Shown here piece by piece: positions 1-13,325 of a stretch of 64,000 bases of DNA; the first letter of the stretch is position 1; every line of letters begins with the position of its first letter. Below the pieces are notes generated by a model, which saw only the letters and a program-made list of their open reading frames with translations, made no database searches and had not been told where the DNA came from. A program made the position numbers and the translations under genes. This DNA comes from Basidiobolus meristosporus CBS 931.73 (Eukaryota > Fungi > Basidiobolomycota), in contig MCFE01000450.1 in assembly GCA_002104905.1 (NCBI GenBank), positions 9,062 through 73,061 on the forward strand, read 5' to 3'.

Positions 1-198
1 ACTTCCTGACTCAACTATTTCTATTATATTTCATGTGTACAAATTGATTTATTTCCATTGAAGCTTCAGTTGTACCTCAATTGCCAATTGTATTGACCTA
101 TACAAGTCCCTATACCCTACACTAACATTAAGCCCAACCCCACATTCAGCAAGTGACTCCATTACAATCCACCACCTAATAAGTATTTCTGCTGTAAT

Positions 199-1005
199 GA
201 TGTGGTAGGGTAAACATACCTCCTACAGACAAGTTTATTCATATAGCTATTATGTAGTACTTATCCATATTTTGTCTTATCAGCTTTATCCCATTCTTCT
301 TTTGCCCATATTATTAGTATTTTCCCCATATGATGTTTACCCTGATTAGTTATTAGCATTAGTTACTCCAGATGTTATTTGGTTTTGTGATGTGTATAAG
401 TATCTACATTAGGCAAGTACCTGCATCAGTACCTGTGACACATGACCTAAGTCTGTGTTACCATCCCTACCATTGATATACTATATATGGTATCTTATAC
501 TGCATAGCTCTCAGACTACTGTTCCCTGATTAGTTGGATGTGCTGTGCCTTTTAGAACCTTCAGGGACATTCTTGGCCCATTTTTAGCTCATAGTGATGT
601 CATCAAGAGTTCCACTGATGCCTGGAATTCTCTAGAACTTTGTCATTAGTGATTGCTTGGCAATCAGGAAAAGTATTTAAGGGAAGTTAATCCCTCATCA
701 ATAAATCATCCCTTCAATCAGAAACACTTCTCCCTTATTGATTAGCAGTCAATCACTGCACCTGCCTTCAACAGTTACATGTTGGACTTGACATCAATGG
801 AGCTTTTCAGGGTTGTGCACAAGACACACAGAGGCCTTTGGAGACACTTGGAGCACCTAGGAAGCTAGAGAAGCAGGAGATTTTACCATAATGACATATT
901 GACATAGGCACCGGCAGCTTATACCCAGAGGTTATTGCACCCATCAGACACCTCATGCACCTTGAGTTGTGTAGCTTCTCCCAGGAGTACCTCTACACCA
1001 CCACA
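199..1005 (+). mobile_element. Solo LTR, Ty3-B long (~810 bp) type
   Basis: Homologous along its length to the reverse complements of 2850-3660 and 5648-6458. Ends CTCTACACCACCACA. Interrupts repeat X. Confidence 0.85.
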
Positions 1006-1286
1006 ATCCTGTGGTTCCACAACTTTGGTGGGAACCTAATGGTGTTATGCCACTGTTCATTCATGGCTTCCCACATTTCCTGGTCCTCAGCCAGCACTGC
1101 AAGGTCTAGCACCTCATCAGTGAGAAAAGTATATAAGGGAGGCAATCCCTCAACAATATATTGTCATCCCTTTTATCAATATATTGACTTATTGATTAGT
1201 GTGATCACTGCTACCTGCTGCTACCTGAACTCCCAACCCCAGACCACAGGACACTCCCAGGAGACTATGCCAACAGCCAACTGACC

Positions 1287-1721
1287 TTGGAGGCACTACT
1301 TATGAGGAATACTAAGAGTAGGTAACTTATATTATATTTGATTCTTACCCAAGTTTGTTCTTGTGCAGGCAATGATACTTTTCTGTCTTTGTAACTATTG
1401 ACCACAGCTGCATTCTTATCATGTCCCTGCTGGTGGAGTTTACAGTTGTTTTGACTTTGGAAGTTTTAGTACATTCTCATCTCAAAGGATGCTGAGCCCA
1501 GCATATACTCTTGTTAAGAAGCCAACTAAGTTGGTGATTGTAGCTCATTAGTTTTCCCTTGACAAGCTTGTGGCTTTATTCCCCATCACATTAGATTAGA
1601 GACAGAACCCAAGTATTCCTAGTAAGCTTTTACCAGGGGTTATTGCACCCAGTGAACACCCCTCAGACAAAATGCTTGAGAAGTGTTGGACGTATCTCCC
1701 TTGAACTTATACACCACCACA
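1287..1721 (+). mobile_element. Solo LTR, Ty3-B short (~435 bp) type
   Basis: Matches ~33620-34057 (GGAGGCACTACT ... TATACACCACCACA). The 5' boundary is approximate. Confidence 0.8.
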
Positions 1722-2849
1722 ATGGCTTTAATTGACAAGTACTGCAGTTTTTTTATTGCCTCCTTGTCTCAGGCTTGAGTAGACATTTTTCCCTTTACCT
1801 TTTCCTTTATCACTGCCAGGTCTCTCACTGCTACTTTGTCTGAATGCTTCTTGTAATGAGCTACATTTTCTCATTGATAAGTTCTGCTCTGACGCATCTG
1901 TTTTGGCCTGTTTGTCCCTTGCTGGCACTCTTCTGGCAACCTGATGTTTCTGCTCAGCTTATTTTGAGCTCTCAACTGCAGTTGTGATGGGCTCCTGTAA
2001 AAGCTGCTGGTTTTTATCACTGCCAGGTCCTTGACTGCTACTTTGACTGAATGCTTCTTGAGTGGTACTACACTTTTTCCTTGATAAATGTTATGTTGGT
2101 ACATTAGTGTATGCCTGCTTCTCCCTAATTGGCACTCTTCAAGCTACCTGACATCTATTTGATGCTTGTCCATAGTTTCTTTTTTAGCATACCTATGCTG
2201 GCCCAAAAACCATTTACTTATTTGGATCCAGGATTATGCTCATGGAACAAGTCAAGTGCACTCTGCTTGGCCTTGAGTTCCTGATGGTCCTATAGTATGC
2301 TGGCCTTAAGGTGATAGCATGCTAGACTTCTGATGGCCTCTTGAATATTAGCCCACTTGTCATTATTGCACTCAATGGCTTCACAGATCATCAATTTCTT
2401 TTGATTTTTAGGCGTTGGTATAAACACCACATTGCCTCCCTCCCATGCTGTGATAGGTTTTTCTGTGGGCTTTATCTTTAGGCACTATTATTGTGCTTCA
2501 AAGACTCTACAGTCTTCCTCTGCTGTTACATCAGGAAATGGCTCAATTCTTGGCTGTGACATTCAGCTACTTGAGTTCCTTCTTTACAGCAAAGATATTG
2601 CTTTTCTACCTGGGATATTGATTGCTCTACATGTATTATCTGCTCATCCTATTTCTGGACTATTTCCCAATTTTCTGGGCCATTGCATCTATCCTATCAG
2701 CCACTACACCTCATTGCTTCATTAACACGTTGGTGTGAGCTAGCAATATTCTTGCTAATATGAGTAGTGGTGATGTTATGACAGCCACTTACCAGTCTTT
2801 AACTGAGGGTACTGTGTTTGCTACATTCTCATCTGCCTGAGCATAATGG

Positions 2850-5800
2850 TTTGGTGGTGTAGAGGTACTCCAGGGAGAAGCTGTACAACTCAAGGTGTGT
2901 GAGGTGTCTGATGGGTGCAATAACGTCTGGGTCTAAACTACCAGTGTCATCGTCAATATGTCACTATTGTAAAAGCACCTGCTTCTCTAGCTTCCTAAGT
3001 GCTCCAAGTGTCTCCAAAGGCCTCTGTGTGTCTTTTGCACTACCCTGAAAAGCTCCTCCGATAGCAGGTCTGAGATGTAACTGTTAAAGGTAGGTGCATT
3101 GATCAACTGCTATTCAATAAGGAAGAAGTGTTACTAACAGAAGGGATAATTTATTGATGAGGGATTGACTTCCCTTAAATACTTTTCCTGATTGCCAAGG
3201 AATCACTAATGACAACGTTCTAGAAAATTCCAGTCATCAGTGGAACTCTTGATGACATCACTATGAGCTAAAAATGGGCCAAGAATGTCCTGGAAGGTTC
3301 TAAAAGGCACAGCACATCCAACCAATTAGGGATCAGTATTCTGAGACCTGTGCATTATAAGATACCATATATAGTATATAAAAGGTAGCAATGGTAACAT
3401 AAACTTAGGTCATGTGTCACAGGTGCTGATGCAGGTACTTGCCTAGTGTAGATACATATACACATCACAAAGCTGAATAACATCTGGTATAACTAATGCT
3501 AATAACTAATCAGGGTCAATATCATATGGGGAAAATACTATCAATATGGGCAAAAGAAGCATGGGATAATACTTATAAGATAAAATATGGATAAGTACAA
3601 CATAATAGCTATATGAGTTAACTTGTCTGTGTGAGGCATGCTAACCCTACCACATCCACACCCCACTTGAGCTAAAAGTTCCCTGAAACTTTTTAGCTAA
3701 CCACTGTAAGCATGGAGAACAAAGCGCTCTCTCAGTCATTCTCAATGAAGCTACCTGTCTTTTCTTGGGATAGAAATCTACATGATGTCATTGATTGGAT
3801 ATTGTTTGAGTCCACACCACAGAAGGTAGCTGTCAGTCCAGGGCTCTCTGAGCATATAGTATACCATGCTGAGCCATCTGGGTAGTTCACTGCAGTTGCT
3901 CTTGCATTCACCTCCCATGGTCTCCCAAAGTTAGTCTTTGCACAAATGTAGACTGGGGTCTCATGGAGTATTCCTTCAGTGCTGAGAGGGAAGCTGTGAA
4001 TAGTTCCTAAAGCTTTGATTGCCCTGAGTTGGCATCCTTCATGCTCCAATTAATATTAGTGTCTATGGGCAATAGGTCTTTCCAAGGTAGTTGGTACAAA
4101 GCCTCCCAAGGTATCACACATATCTCAGATTGACTGTCTATTTGACATAGGATTTCTTGATTATGCACAGTTCCAGTAGTTGTTATAGTTGCCACTGAGT
4201 AGTAGTGTTTCTGGCTTTGGCCCAGCTTATTAATATCTTGCTATCCTTGAACTGACTTGACCTGGTTGCTTAGGATTGCTTCAATTGGATACTTTCTTAT
4301 TCTGATGTGCCCATCCAGAGTCTTTCTTACTGAGAGTGTTGCACTGAGTAGCTCTCCAACCTTGATTGATATGTTGCCACCTAGTATAAGACTTGTTGGA
4401 GCCTGCAGGGTACCATTTTGCTTGACTATAGGCTTCATGTGGTAGTTATTGGCCTTGGCAGACTCATGCAGAATTAATGGGGGTGATGCTTTCTTCTCAA
4501 TCACAACTTCAGGCTCACATCTTGGTACTTTTGTTGATGGGCCTGGATCAGGCATTTTTTCAGGAAGGTGCCTCTTTGAAGCATAACTTGATGCTATATG
4601 ATCTTAGGACTCTCCAGGGTCCTCATAGTCAAAGTTCAGAAGTTCGGCTGGATCAAAGTAGTCATGATCTTCTTTTTCATGGAGGAGCACCTTTCTTGTA
4701 TGAGAGGTGACTTGCTTGTAGTGAACTCTCATTCCTCCTTGTTCAAATGTGGTGGATAACTTGTCACCATGCTTACTGATTATTTATCCCTGAGGACAAT
4801 GTAGGATGGCACCTGTGGAATGTTATGACTGAAGCTCATGGCCATTTCTCTTGGAATGGTTGGCAGAGTCACACCATAAGTATGTATAGTTGACTTCTTT
4901 CTCTACTGGCTTCTGTCTATATGCTTGGCTGGCCAGTAGCAAAGAAAGTTTCTCTAGCTGCTGTGTCAGCTCCTTAATTTGAGTGTTGGCTTAATGGGAT
5001 TAAATAAGTCTTGGTTATCTTGATTATGTGCTGGGCTTGAAAGAAGCTTTCTGATTGGTGAGGTTTTTTCAGGGATAAGTAAAATATTCTTTGCTAACTG
5101 AAATGCAGGCAATGAACTTATAGCTCTCACAGTAGGATCATTTTAATCCTTCTCACCAGGTCATCTGGTTGTGCTCTGAGAAGATTTGTGGATAAAGTAA
5201 GATCAGTGATAACTCCTTAGGCTTTCAGTGGCCCTCCAATTTGCTCAAGGCCACTCAAGTTTTCTTTCAATGGTAGCAGCTCAAACTTGCTATAAGCAAA
5301 GTTCTCCAAATCTTTAAGTGTGTAGTCAACTTGTCACTCTCCATATTCATCAATCAAGTAGCTCTTGAAGAGGGTCCAATTTGCAAGCAGATCATTTATT
5401 TTGTATAATGAGAACATGATCTCATCAGTACTGTAAGGGGGCATCTCTTCAGCCATAATGGCCTCCAGTACTTTATGAGCTCTGCAGAAAAGATCCCACC
5501 TCTTGATGAAAGCTTTAACTTTAGTTCCATCAAAGAAAGGAGTTCCTTGCATTCCTGGTAAAGGTAGATCCATGGTCTTGATAATTTGTTCTTTCTTAAG
5601 TCTTCTAGGGGCAGCTCAGTCAAACCCTCTACATTGTATGCCAAATATTTGGTGGTGTAGAGGTCCTGCTGGAAGAAGCTATACAACTCAAAGGATGTGA
5701 GGTGACTGATGGGTGCAATAACCTCTGGGTCCAAACTGCTGGTGCCTTTGTCAATATATCACTATGGTAAGATCTCCTGCTTCTCTAGCTTCCTAGGTGC

Positions 5801-6458
5801 TCCAAGTGTCTCCAAAGGTCTCTGTGTGTCTTGTGCACTACCCTGAAAAGCTCCTTTGATGGCAGGTCTGAGATATAACTGTTGAAGGCAAGTGCAGTGA
5901 TCAACTGCTAATCAACAAGGGAGAAGTGTTACTAATAGATGGGATGATTTATTGATGAGGGATTTACTTCCCTTAAATACTTTTTCAGATTGCCAAGTGA
6001 TTACTAATGCCAAGGTTCTAGAAAACTCCAAGCATCAGTGGAACTCTTGATGACATTACTATGAGCTAAAAATATGCCAAGAATATCCTGGAAGGTTCCA
6101 AAAGGCACAGCACATCCAACCAATCAGGGATCAGTATTCTGAGACCTGTGCATCATAGAGATACCATATATGGTATGTAAATGGTAGGGATGGTAATACA
6201 GACTTAGGTCATATGTCATGAGCACTGATGCAGGTACTTGCCTAATGTAGATACATATGCAGATCACAAAGCTAAATAGTATCTGGTATAACTAATGCTA
6301 ATAACTAATCAGGGCAAACATCATATGGGGATAATACTGATAATATGGGCAAAAGAAGAATGGGATAATGCTGATAAGATAAAATATGGGTAAGTACTAC
6401 ATAATAGCTATATGAATAAACTTGTATATGGGAGGTATGTTTACCCTGCTACACCACA
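2850..6458 (-). mobile_element. Internally deleted Ty3/Gypsy element (family B): two LTRs, gag-protease relic, no RT/RNaseH/integrase
   Basis: 5' LTR 5648-6458; decayed PBS 5626-5643 (TGGCATACAATGTAG); gag relic ORF 5334-5573 (PFFDGTKVKAFIKRWD, homologous to 34143+); protease-region relics 3732-4555; purine-rich AAGTGGGG before 3' LTR 2850-3660. No TSD found. Confidence 0.85.
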
Positions 6459-6559
6459 TTGACATACTTCTATCACCCCAACTTTACAGCTTTTTAGTGT
6501 GATACTTGGGTTACCATGTATCTTGTACTGCTGGTAACATACACATCTTGCAAACATAT

Positions 6560-8650
6560 AGGAGCGCTCTGGCTCTTGTTTTTGTATATTCTGTATTGAA
6601 TGGTGTCAAAGTGGGCTTATGACCATCAGAAATCTGGCACACCTTGATAGAGTTTTCCTAATAAGAATTAGTTGCTTGTGGCACCCAACACAACTTTGCA
6701 TTACGTAACTGATTACCCATGCATTGGGGCTACTTAGCTTCTCCATGCCATAGGCATAGGTGTCTCCATGTGCACATCTGTCCTCAGTATTTTCCAACTC
6801 TTCCTGGCTGTCCTCCATGTGCCAACTCTTCACATCCATGACAGACTTGAAGGAAATATTATTGATGAGATTGGGATATGGTAGTGCCTGCAACTTGACC
6901 TGTCTTCCAATCTCCACATCCATCCACTCCATATGAAACTCCCAAAGGGTGAAGCAAGGCCCAATATTCTCTAGACACTGTGCAAGATGGAGGAGAGAAT
7001 GGATACAGTAGTGGCAGAGATCTACGCATTCAGCTTTATGTTTGTAGTATAGCTGCTCAAATCCCATCACAAACTCCGTGCATTACAGCTGTAGATGAGT
7101 CAAGTTGGCATTGGTGATCTGCTTCTCAATAACTCTTCCTACAATGGTCACATATGACTCCCACTGCTTCCAATGTACTATTGGTAGGAATTGCTTCAGA
7201 TTGCTACTTGAATAAATATATATCCAGTTCATCCAGTCTTTGTATTTGTATTGCTGCATATGCATATGGATATTGATTGGAGCCTGTGAGAAGTATTTAT
7301 GGTAGCAGATACTGTGTAATATCTTGCCAATTCCTTCAAATTTCTTTTGTATCTTGAAGGGCTCCTATAGCTCAAAATGCCCCATATGCAACTTGGTTAT
7401 CAGTATAGGGATATTGTTGAAAAGCAAATGCATAGCTCCCAGTGGAAAGCTTTTGCTTCAACAGATACCCTCTATCTTAAGTATGTCTGGCTTCTGATTG
7501 CTTACATATTCTGGCCAATGGCTTATAGCTTGCCAAATTTGCTGCAACTGCATGGTGACATCTGTATGTTTTCTCTATGGGAAGATGATGTTCTTAGTGC
7601 TGGTGATTGGGTAATAATAATGTGCGTAAATTAAGTTGTAAATCCCATGGATCCCACACATTCAACAGCAATACCATCCATTGTACCCAGAAAAACCTGC
7701 TATCTTGCTGATGGCTGGGGTATCTCCAATGAAGATAATAATATGCGCTTTTACATGACAACCATTTACTGTTATCCCACTAGAAGACATACAAAATTCA
7801 TACTTTTAGATAGGTGGCAAATTTGGATTGACAAGAATCAGTGGCCAGCAGGTTTTACTGGTAGAGTACTTGTTTAATGAGAGTCTATCAAGTGCTAAGG
7901 CAAAGGCATGGTCATACATACCTTCAGAGTAGCCCTTGCTTTTTAGCTGTTTGTGATGTTTGCCATCAATTATCATGGACATGATTGCACTTGATTGATG
8001 CTGAGTGTAGTACTGTATAGCTTTGCAATATTTGTTGGGCTGTATTAGCCTCTTTATATCGGGTATTACTTGAATATATCCAGAGTGTGAAGAATGTTTT
8101 CCCTCAATATTGGTGGATTCTTGACAATTTGGCCATATTGCAATGGTAGCATTTTTGGATGCGAGTGCCATGCAACTGTTAACACATGCTGGAAATAGGA
8201 CAGTCTCTGGATCATATGTTGCCAGCCACATAACAGCTGTCCACTTGTACCATAAATATGGTAAGTTGCATCCTGGAATGATTTTGGCAAGAAGTAGTAA
8301 TGAATCCTCAAAGCTCCCATTACTGATAGTAATGGAAACATGCCACTTCTCTAGCCACAACATAGCATCATTCACCAGTAGATGGATTACTGGGCTCACT
8401 TGGCTCCATAAAGTATCCTTGGCATTTGTTTCAATGGGAGTTGTCTCATTGCATATTGGGATTTAACCAGGCTCATACACAGCACTGTTTTTTGGGGAGA
8501 TAGACCCACAATCCATCAGTGCGCCTGCTTCTTCAGAGCTATCACTCTGTGTGACATATGAAGAAGGCTGAGGTGAGCCTAAAGGTGCCACAAACTCACC
8601 TGTCTCAGTTTGCACAAGGTGACAAAGATGGCATTGGTACACTAAGAATG
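6560..8650 (-). pseudogene. CACTA/EnSpm-type (Tnp2/Transposase_21-like) transposase relic
   Basis: Fragments ACVNSCMA..CQE, DGKHHKQLKSKGY..AFALALD..TCWPLILVNPNLPP (7806-8399), SFPLGAMHLLF (~7420) and FEQLYY..IHSLLHLA..IGP..LWEFHME (6606-7070) match recalled fungal CACTA transposase motifs. Many stops and frameshifts. Confidence 0.8.
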
Positions 8651-8699
8651 AATCTCAAGAATTGCAGAAACTATTAAAGGCAGAAGAACAACGGTGCCA

Positions 8700-9870
8700 T
8701 GGCTAAAAACCATTGGCTTCCTTACAAGCCTGTTACAAGCAGGGCCAACAGCTCTAGACAAGCATCCAAGAGACATCAGGTAGCTGGAAGAGTACCAATT
8801 GGGAACAAGCAGGCAGATATGGATGCACCAGCATAACAATTCTCAAGAAAAAAGCGTAGAAGTACTCAAGAAGCACTCAGTCAAAGTAGCAGTTAAGGGC
8901 CTGGCAGTGATAAACACCAGCAGCTTTTCCAGGAGCCTGTCACAACTACAATTGAGAGCTCAAAACAAGCAAAAAAGAAATGTCAGGATTCCAGGAGAGT
9001 GCCAGCAAGGGACAAGCAGGCCAAGACAGATGAATCAGAGAAGAACTTATCAAGGAGAAGATGTAGTTCATTACAAGAAGTATTCAGACAAAGTAGCAGT
9101 GAGAGACCTGGCAGTGATAAAGGAAAAGGTAAAGGGAAAAATGTCTACCCAAGCCTGAGACAGGGAGGCATGCAAAAAAATTGCAGTGCTCCCCAATTTA
9201 CCCCTCAAGCCTGGAATAAACTGAATCCCATCATAGCCAAAAAGAGTTACCAGCAGGAAAACAGCTGTTTTCACAAGAGTTGGAAGTGCAGCCAGTTGAG
9301 CTACACTCCAGCAAGATAGATGAGTTTGCAGGAAAAGCCCATTTGTCAACCACAGCCACCACACCCTCTATTATTGACAGTATAGAGATCCCTCTGACTG
9401 ACAAGGCTATAATGTCAAGAACTCAAAAGATTATCACAATGTCTTCAGTGGAATGTTGGCACATTAATAGGTACACCAAGAGGTTGCAGCACTTCTTCAA
9501 GAGCAGTGCTCAAAAAAATGCACCTGAATATTGCAAGGATTGATTGCAAAGACTGGCAGATGAGGAGCTAGACTATGCAGTGCCTGCTGAAGACCAGGAC
9601 ATATGAGAACCAGTAAATGAACAGTGGCATAAAGCTGTGGGGTTCTCACCAAAGTTGTGGAACCAGAGCATTGCAGCAAATATACTTATTGAGTGGTGGA
9701 TTTTAATGGAGTTACTTGTTGAGTGTGGGGTTAGGCTCAATGTTAGTGTAGGGTATAGAGAATTGAACTGGTCAATACAGTTGGCAATTGAGGTACAACT
9801 GAAGCCTCAATGGAAATAAATCAATTTGTATGCGTGATAAGTAAGAGAGATAGTTGAGTCAAAAGTAAGG
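8700..9870 (+). repeat. Unclassified repeat X, copy 2
   Basis: Inverted homolog of copy 1. Contains an internal duplication AAGAAG(C/T)A(C/T)TCAG..AAAGTAGCAGT..CCTGGCAGTGATAAA at ~8868 and ~9075. Confidence 0.7.
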
Positions 9871-9982
9871 AGTGTGAAAAAGAGGCAATAGCCAATCAAT
9901 ACACACAAAAGTAGGAAGTGATAGTGTCCAGGATCAGAAAGTGAGCAACTTGGCAGGGAAGCAACCAAAAGCCACCTATACA

Positions 9983-11300
9983 TTGTTGTGATGAGAAGTT
10001 TTGACTAAGCATTTTGTGAAATCTGGGGTGCAATTAATTTTCAAAGGTTTCTAGATGGTGTCCTGGCAGAATCTGTATCTCTTAGTCATGGGACTTTACT
10101 TTGTGATGGCCTTTTGATGTGTTCATTACAGTAAATTTTCATGGGGTTTGGTGAATACATCCAATCCAGATTTGTTAAGTAGTTTTTTAGCTGCTGACTA
10201 ATACCAAATGGTTCACTATTTCAGCAACTCCCTTTAGCTAGATAACTTCTTATTCTTAATATATCCCTGAGTTTTTCAAACTGTGGCCTAGCTAATGGAG
10301 CTGCCAATATTTTTGCAACCATTTTGTCTGTTGGGCATCAAACTAAATATGCCAAGTTATTCCATAAAACTTCTCTCACAGAGGAATGTAGTCTATGTAT
10401 TTGCTTGATTTGATCACAATCAGTGAGATTTCTATCTAGTGAAGTACAACATTTATTATCCTTGTAAATGCATGTTGGTTCATCTTGATCAAAGCCCAAG
10501 TCTGGGAGTTACTTGTGTGACCACAAAGCCTCCTTAGTTGCTTAACAAGCATCTATATATTTTGCCTCAGCTGGAGAGAGTGCCATATTTAATTATATCT
10601 TGCAATACCATGTAACAGCTACACTAGCATATACAATCATATACTTAAAGGTAGAACATCTGTCTTTCAGCTTGCTACCCCAGTCTGAATCTCTCTAACA
10701 AAAAAATATCTGCCATTTAGCTATTCCTGATTATTCCAGCACAATTTTCAAGGTACCCTGTAGATGAATCAAAATTTGCTTAACTACTGCAACTTGATCA
10801 GCTCCATAATATTGCATAAATCTCACTTTTCAAAAATTGGAGCAGTTTTGATCAAAAATTGGCTGAGCTTTGCTCAATCTTCCAACTTTTTCCACAGTTG
10901 CTGCTGCATGCTAGAGCTTTCTCACCTTAATATTGAAAAACCCATGATATACTTTGACTGATTCAGCACAGTTTTTGGCATACACATTAACTAAGAAAAT
11001 ACTTGATTTTCCAAGATCTTTGATCTCAGGATTGCTAAAATGGCCTAATTCCATCTGTTTATGTGCCCACTGCTCACTTGTAGCCCTTATTAGGATGCCC
11101 GCATAAAGTACCAGCATAGTCACTCCATTTTAATCTGCTATGTATGTAATGAGATACAAAGTGCTACAGATGAGTCCAATCTCCTTTAAATATGAGTAAG
11201 CTTTTTGTACACTACTCTAGGCACTTGCCTAAGCTCAAGTGTGCACATCTCTTAGGGATCATTGATATGGTAAGTTTGACAATCATATTACTAAAGGGCC
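9983..11300 (-). mobile_element. Degenerate Copia relic (RT end, RNaseH, PPT, 3' LTR), related to family 2
   Basis: 10300-10950 is homologous to the Copia RNaseH/RT at 13750-14650. PPT-like ACTCCCTTTAG follows an LTR-like end at ~10221. Confidence 0.65.
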
Positions 11301-11412
11301 ACTTGCTTTATAATACTGGAATATACCTTTAATATGATCTTCAATACAAATGTGTAAATTAGTTCAGTTTCTGACTTACTCATTGAACCTAATAATTAGC
11401 CTGTCATTATAT

Positions 11413-12640
11413 TGTTATGGTGTACAGCATGAATGCTTAAATTAGATCAGTTTTTAATCAAATCAACTAGTTTTATGAATAGCTAGTCAATATATTAGTG
11501 TTATTTGTCAGATCAGCAGTATTAGCTAGCAGTTGAGTCAGCAAATCCTTATCACTCAGAAATAGACATATCAAGTATCATATAATTGAATGATGATGGT
11601 GATGCCATCCAATGAGTCATCAGCCACAATCTACATTATGAAATATAATTAGTAAGTAATTGATCTGCAAAATGTATATCAGAAGCTGATGGAACCTTAA
11701 TAAAGATCAGTTAAAGTTTTAGTGAATACAATACTAGCTAAACTCCCTATTCCTCTACAACTCTTATATCAAGACTTGTTACAATATCAGTGTTATCTAT
11801 TAAATGTGAAGCATTAGTCAGAAGAACAACCAGCTGATCCTTATTAGACAGAAATAGATGTATTGAGTAAGATCTAATTAAATGATGATGATGCAGCTGA
11901 TGATATCATCAGCCACATCCTACATCAGGAAATTGAATTAGTAGGCACCTGATCTGGCAAAATGTATATTAGGAACTGTTGGAACCTTAATAATAGTGGG
12001 TTCAATTTGAGTGAACAAAATACTATCCAAACTCCTTAGTGCTCTGCTACTCTTGCATCAATACTTGTAACATTTGTAGCAACAATAACCAGGAACCTTG
12101 CTCCTCAGAAAAGAAAAAGTCTCCCCCAAGATGTTGGAAAATCAAGAATTGAAGAATGCCATGAAGCAAATCATTGCCTAGAATGACTACCATGGCCCTG
12201 AGTCAGCAAAGCCCTGTCACAACCAACTTTAGTGTGGTGGACAAGCAGTACTATGGTGGAGTCAAAGAGAACCTGAGAACTTGGTTCTTCTCAATTCAAG
12301 AGGCTATCAATACTAAAGGAACTGTCCCAGAGAGCATGTTGCATGATGCAGCTTCTCACTTAGCATATGCAGCTTTGCAATTGTAGCACAACATGACCAC
12401 ATTATCTACCATGAAGGGTAGCTTTACAATCTCCACCAGAAATGAGTGGGTGTTAGAATTTCTGGTTACTCTTCATTCTCCACATCAGCAGACACTACTA
12501 AGAAAGTGCTTAGAATACCCAGACAGAAAGGATTAGTTCAAGTACACAGCTTTGAGAATGAGTCCCTAGTGGGCTATATCAAAAGAATGGACTCCCTGAA
12601 TCAAGTTGACTACATCATTGATGGTTAGAAAGAAAAATAT
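11413..12640 (+). mobile_element. Ty3-A 5' end: full LTR, tandem partial LTR, PBS and gag relic
   Basis: LTR 11413-11783 is the reverse complement of the 25686-26054 type. Second, 5'-truncated LTR 11784-12072. PBS-like TTGTAGCAACAATAACC. gag ORF 12174-12386 is homologous to 25217-25627. Confidence 0.8.
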
Positions 12641-12659
12641 TGGAAGGATTTGTGTTACT

Positions 12660-13325
12660 GTAGACCCTGAGCCATTGACAGAGCCTTAGGGTTAGGCTGA
12701 ATCATTGAGTTCATGCACCAGGTTGAGTTGTGCAACTTGTTTTAATCTTAATAAGGTGTCAGCAGTGGCATTATTTTTCCCAGGGCAGTAGACAATCTCC
12801 AAGTCAAATTATTACATGTATTAAGCTCTATCTTGTCATTCTTCGGGATAATACCTTCTGAGTAAACATATACTTATGGGAGGCATGATCAGCCGTCACA
12901 GTGCACTTGGCTTTGTTAATGTAGCAACTCCATATCTTCAAGCAGTGTACTATGGTAAACATTTATTCCCCATGCACTGTATAGTTTTGCTCTGCTGAGT
13001 TCAGCTTCTATGATTGAGAAGTAACTGGGTGGTACTTAGTCTCATGGTCTTGGCTTTGTACTCCACCAATTGCATAATCTGAAGCATCTGTGAGCAGAGT
13101 AAACTCTGTTCTAATGTCAGATATTCTTAAGCTTGGCAGCTTAGTAAGTTGATTCTTGAGCATCTGAAAGGCAGTCTCACAGGCTGTGAACACTTCAAGG
13201 AATTGTCTTTCTTGAGGATACCAGTCAAAGAGGCAGCAGGACTTGCAAAGTACTTCTCAAATTCCCTACAATAGGGATCCTTTCCAAAGAATGATTGAAG
13301 TGTGGCTATGCTAAGGGGCTGATTA
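12660..13325 (-). pseudogene. Ty3-A pol (RNaseH) fragment, inverted relative to the adjacent gag
   Basis: ORF 13008-13193 (LTDASDYAIGGV) is homologous to the RNaseH in 21845-24553. Confidence 0.8.

Larger units (their letters stand above)
1..2849 (-). repeat. Unclassified repeat X, copy 1 (interrupted by two solo LTRs)
   Basis: 1-192, ~1006-1110 and ~1722-2190 are reverse-complement homologs of ~9676-9870, ~9560-9670 and ~8700-9190. The K/S/R-rich ORFs 1728-1928 and 1871-2104 match ORFs 8999-9319 and 8799-9158. Confidence 0.7.

Noticed and set aside
2845-6463. TSD around the deleted Ty3-B element
   Set aside because: The flanks AATGG and TTGAC do not match, so the two LTRs may not come from one insertion.
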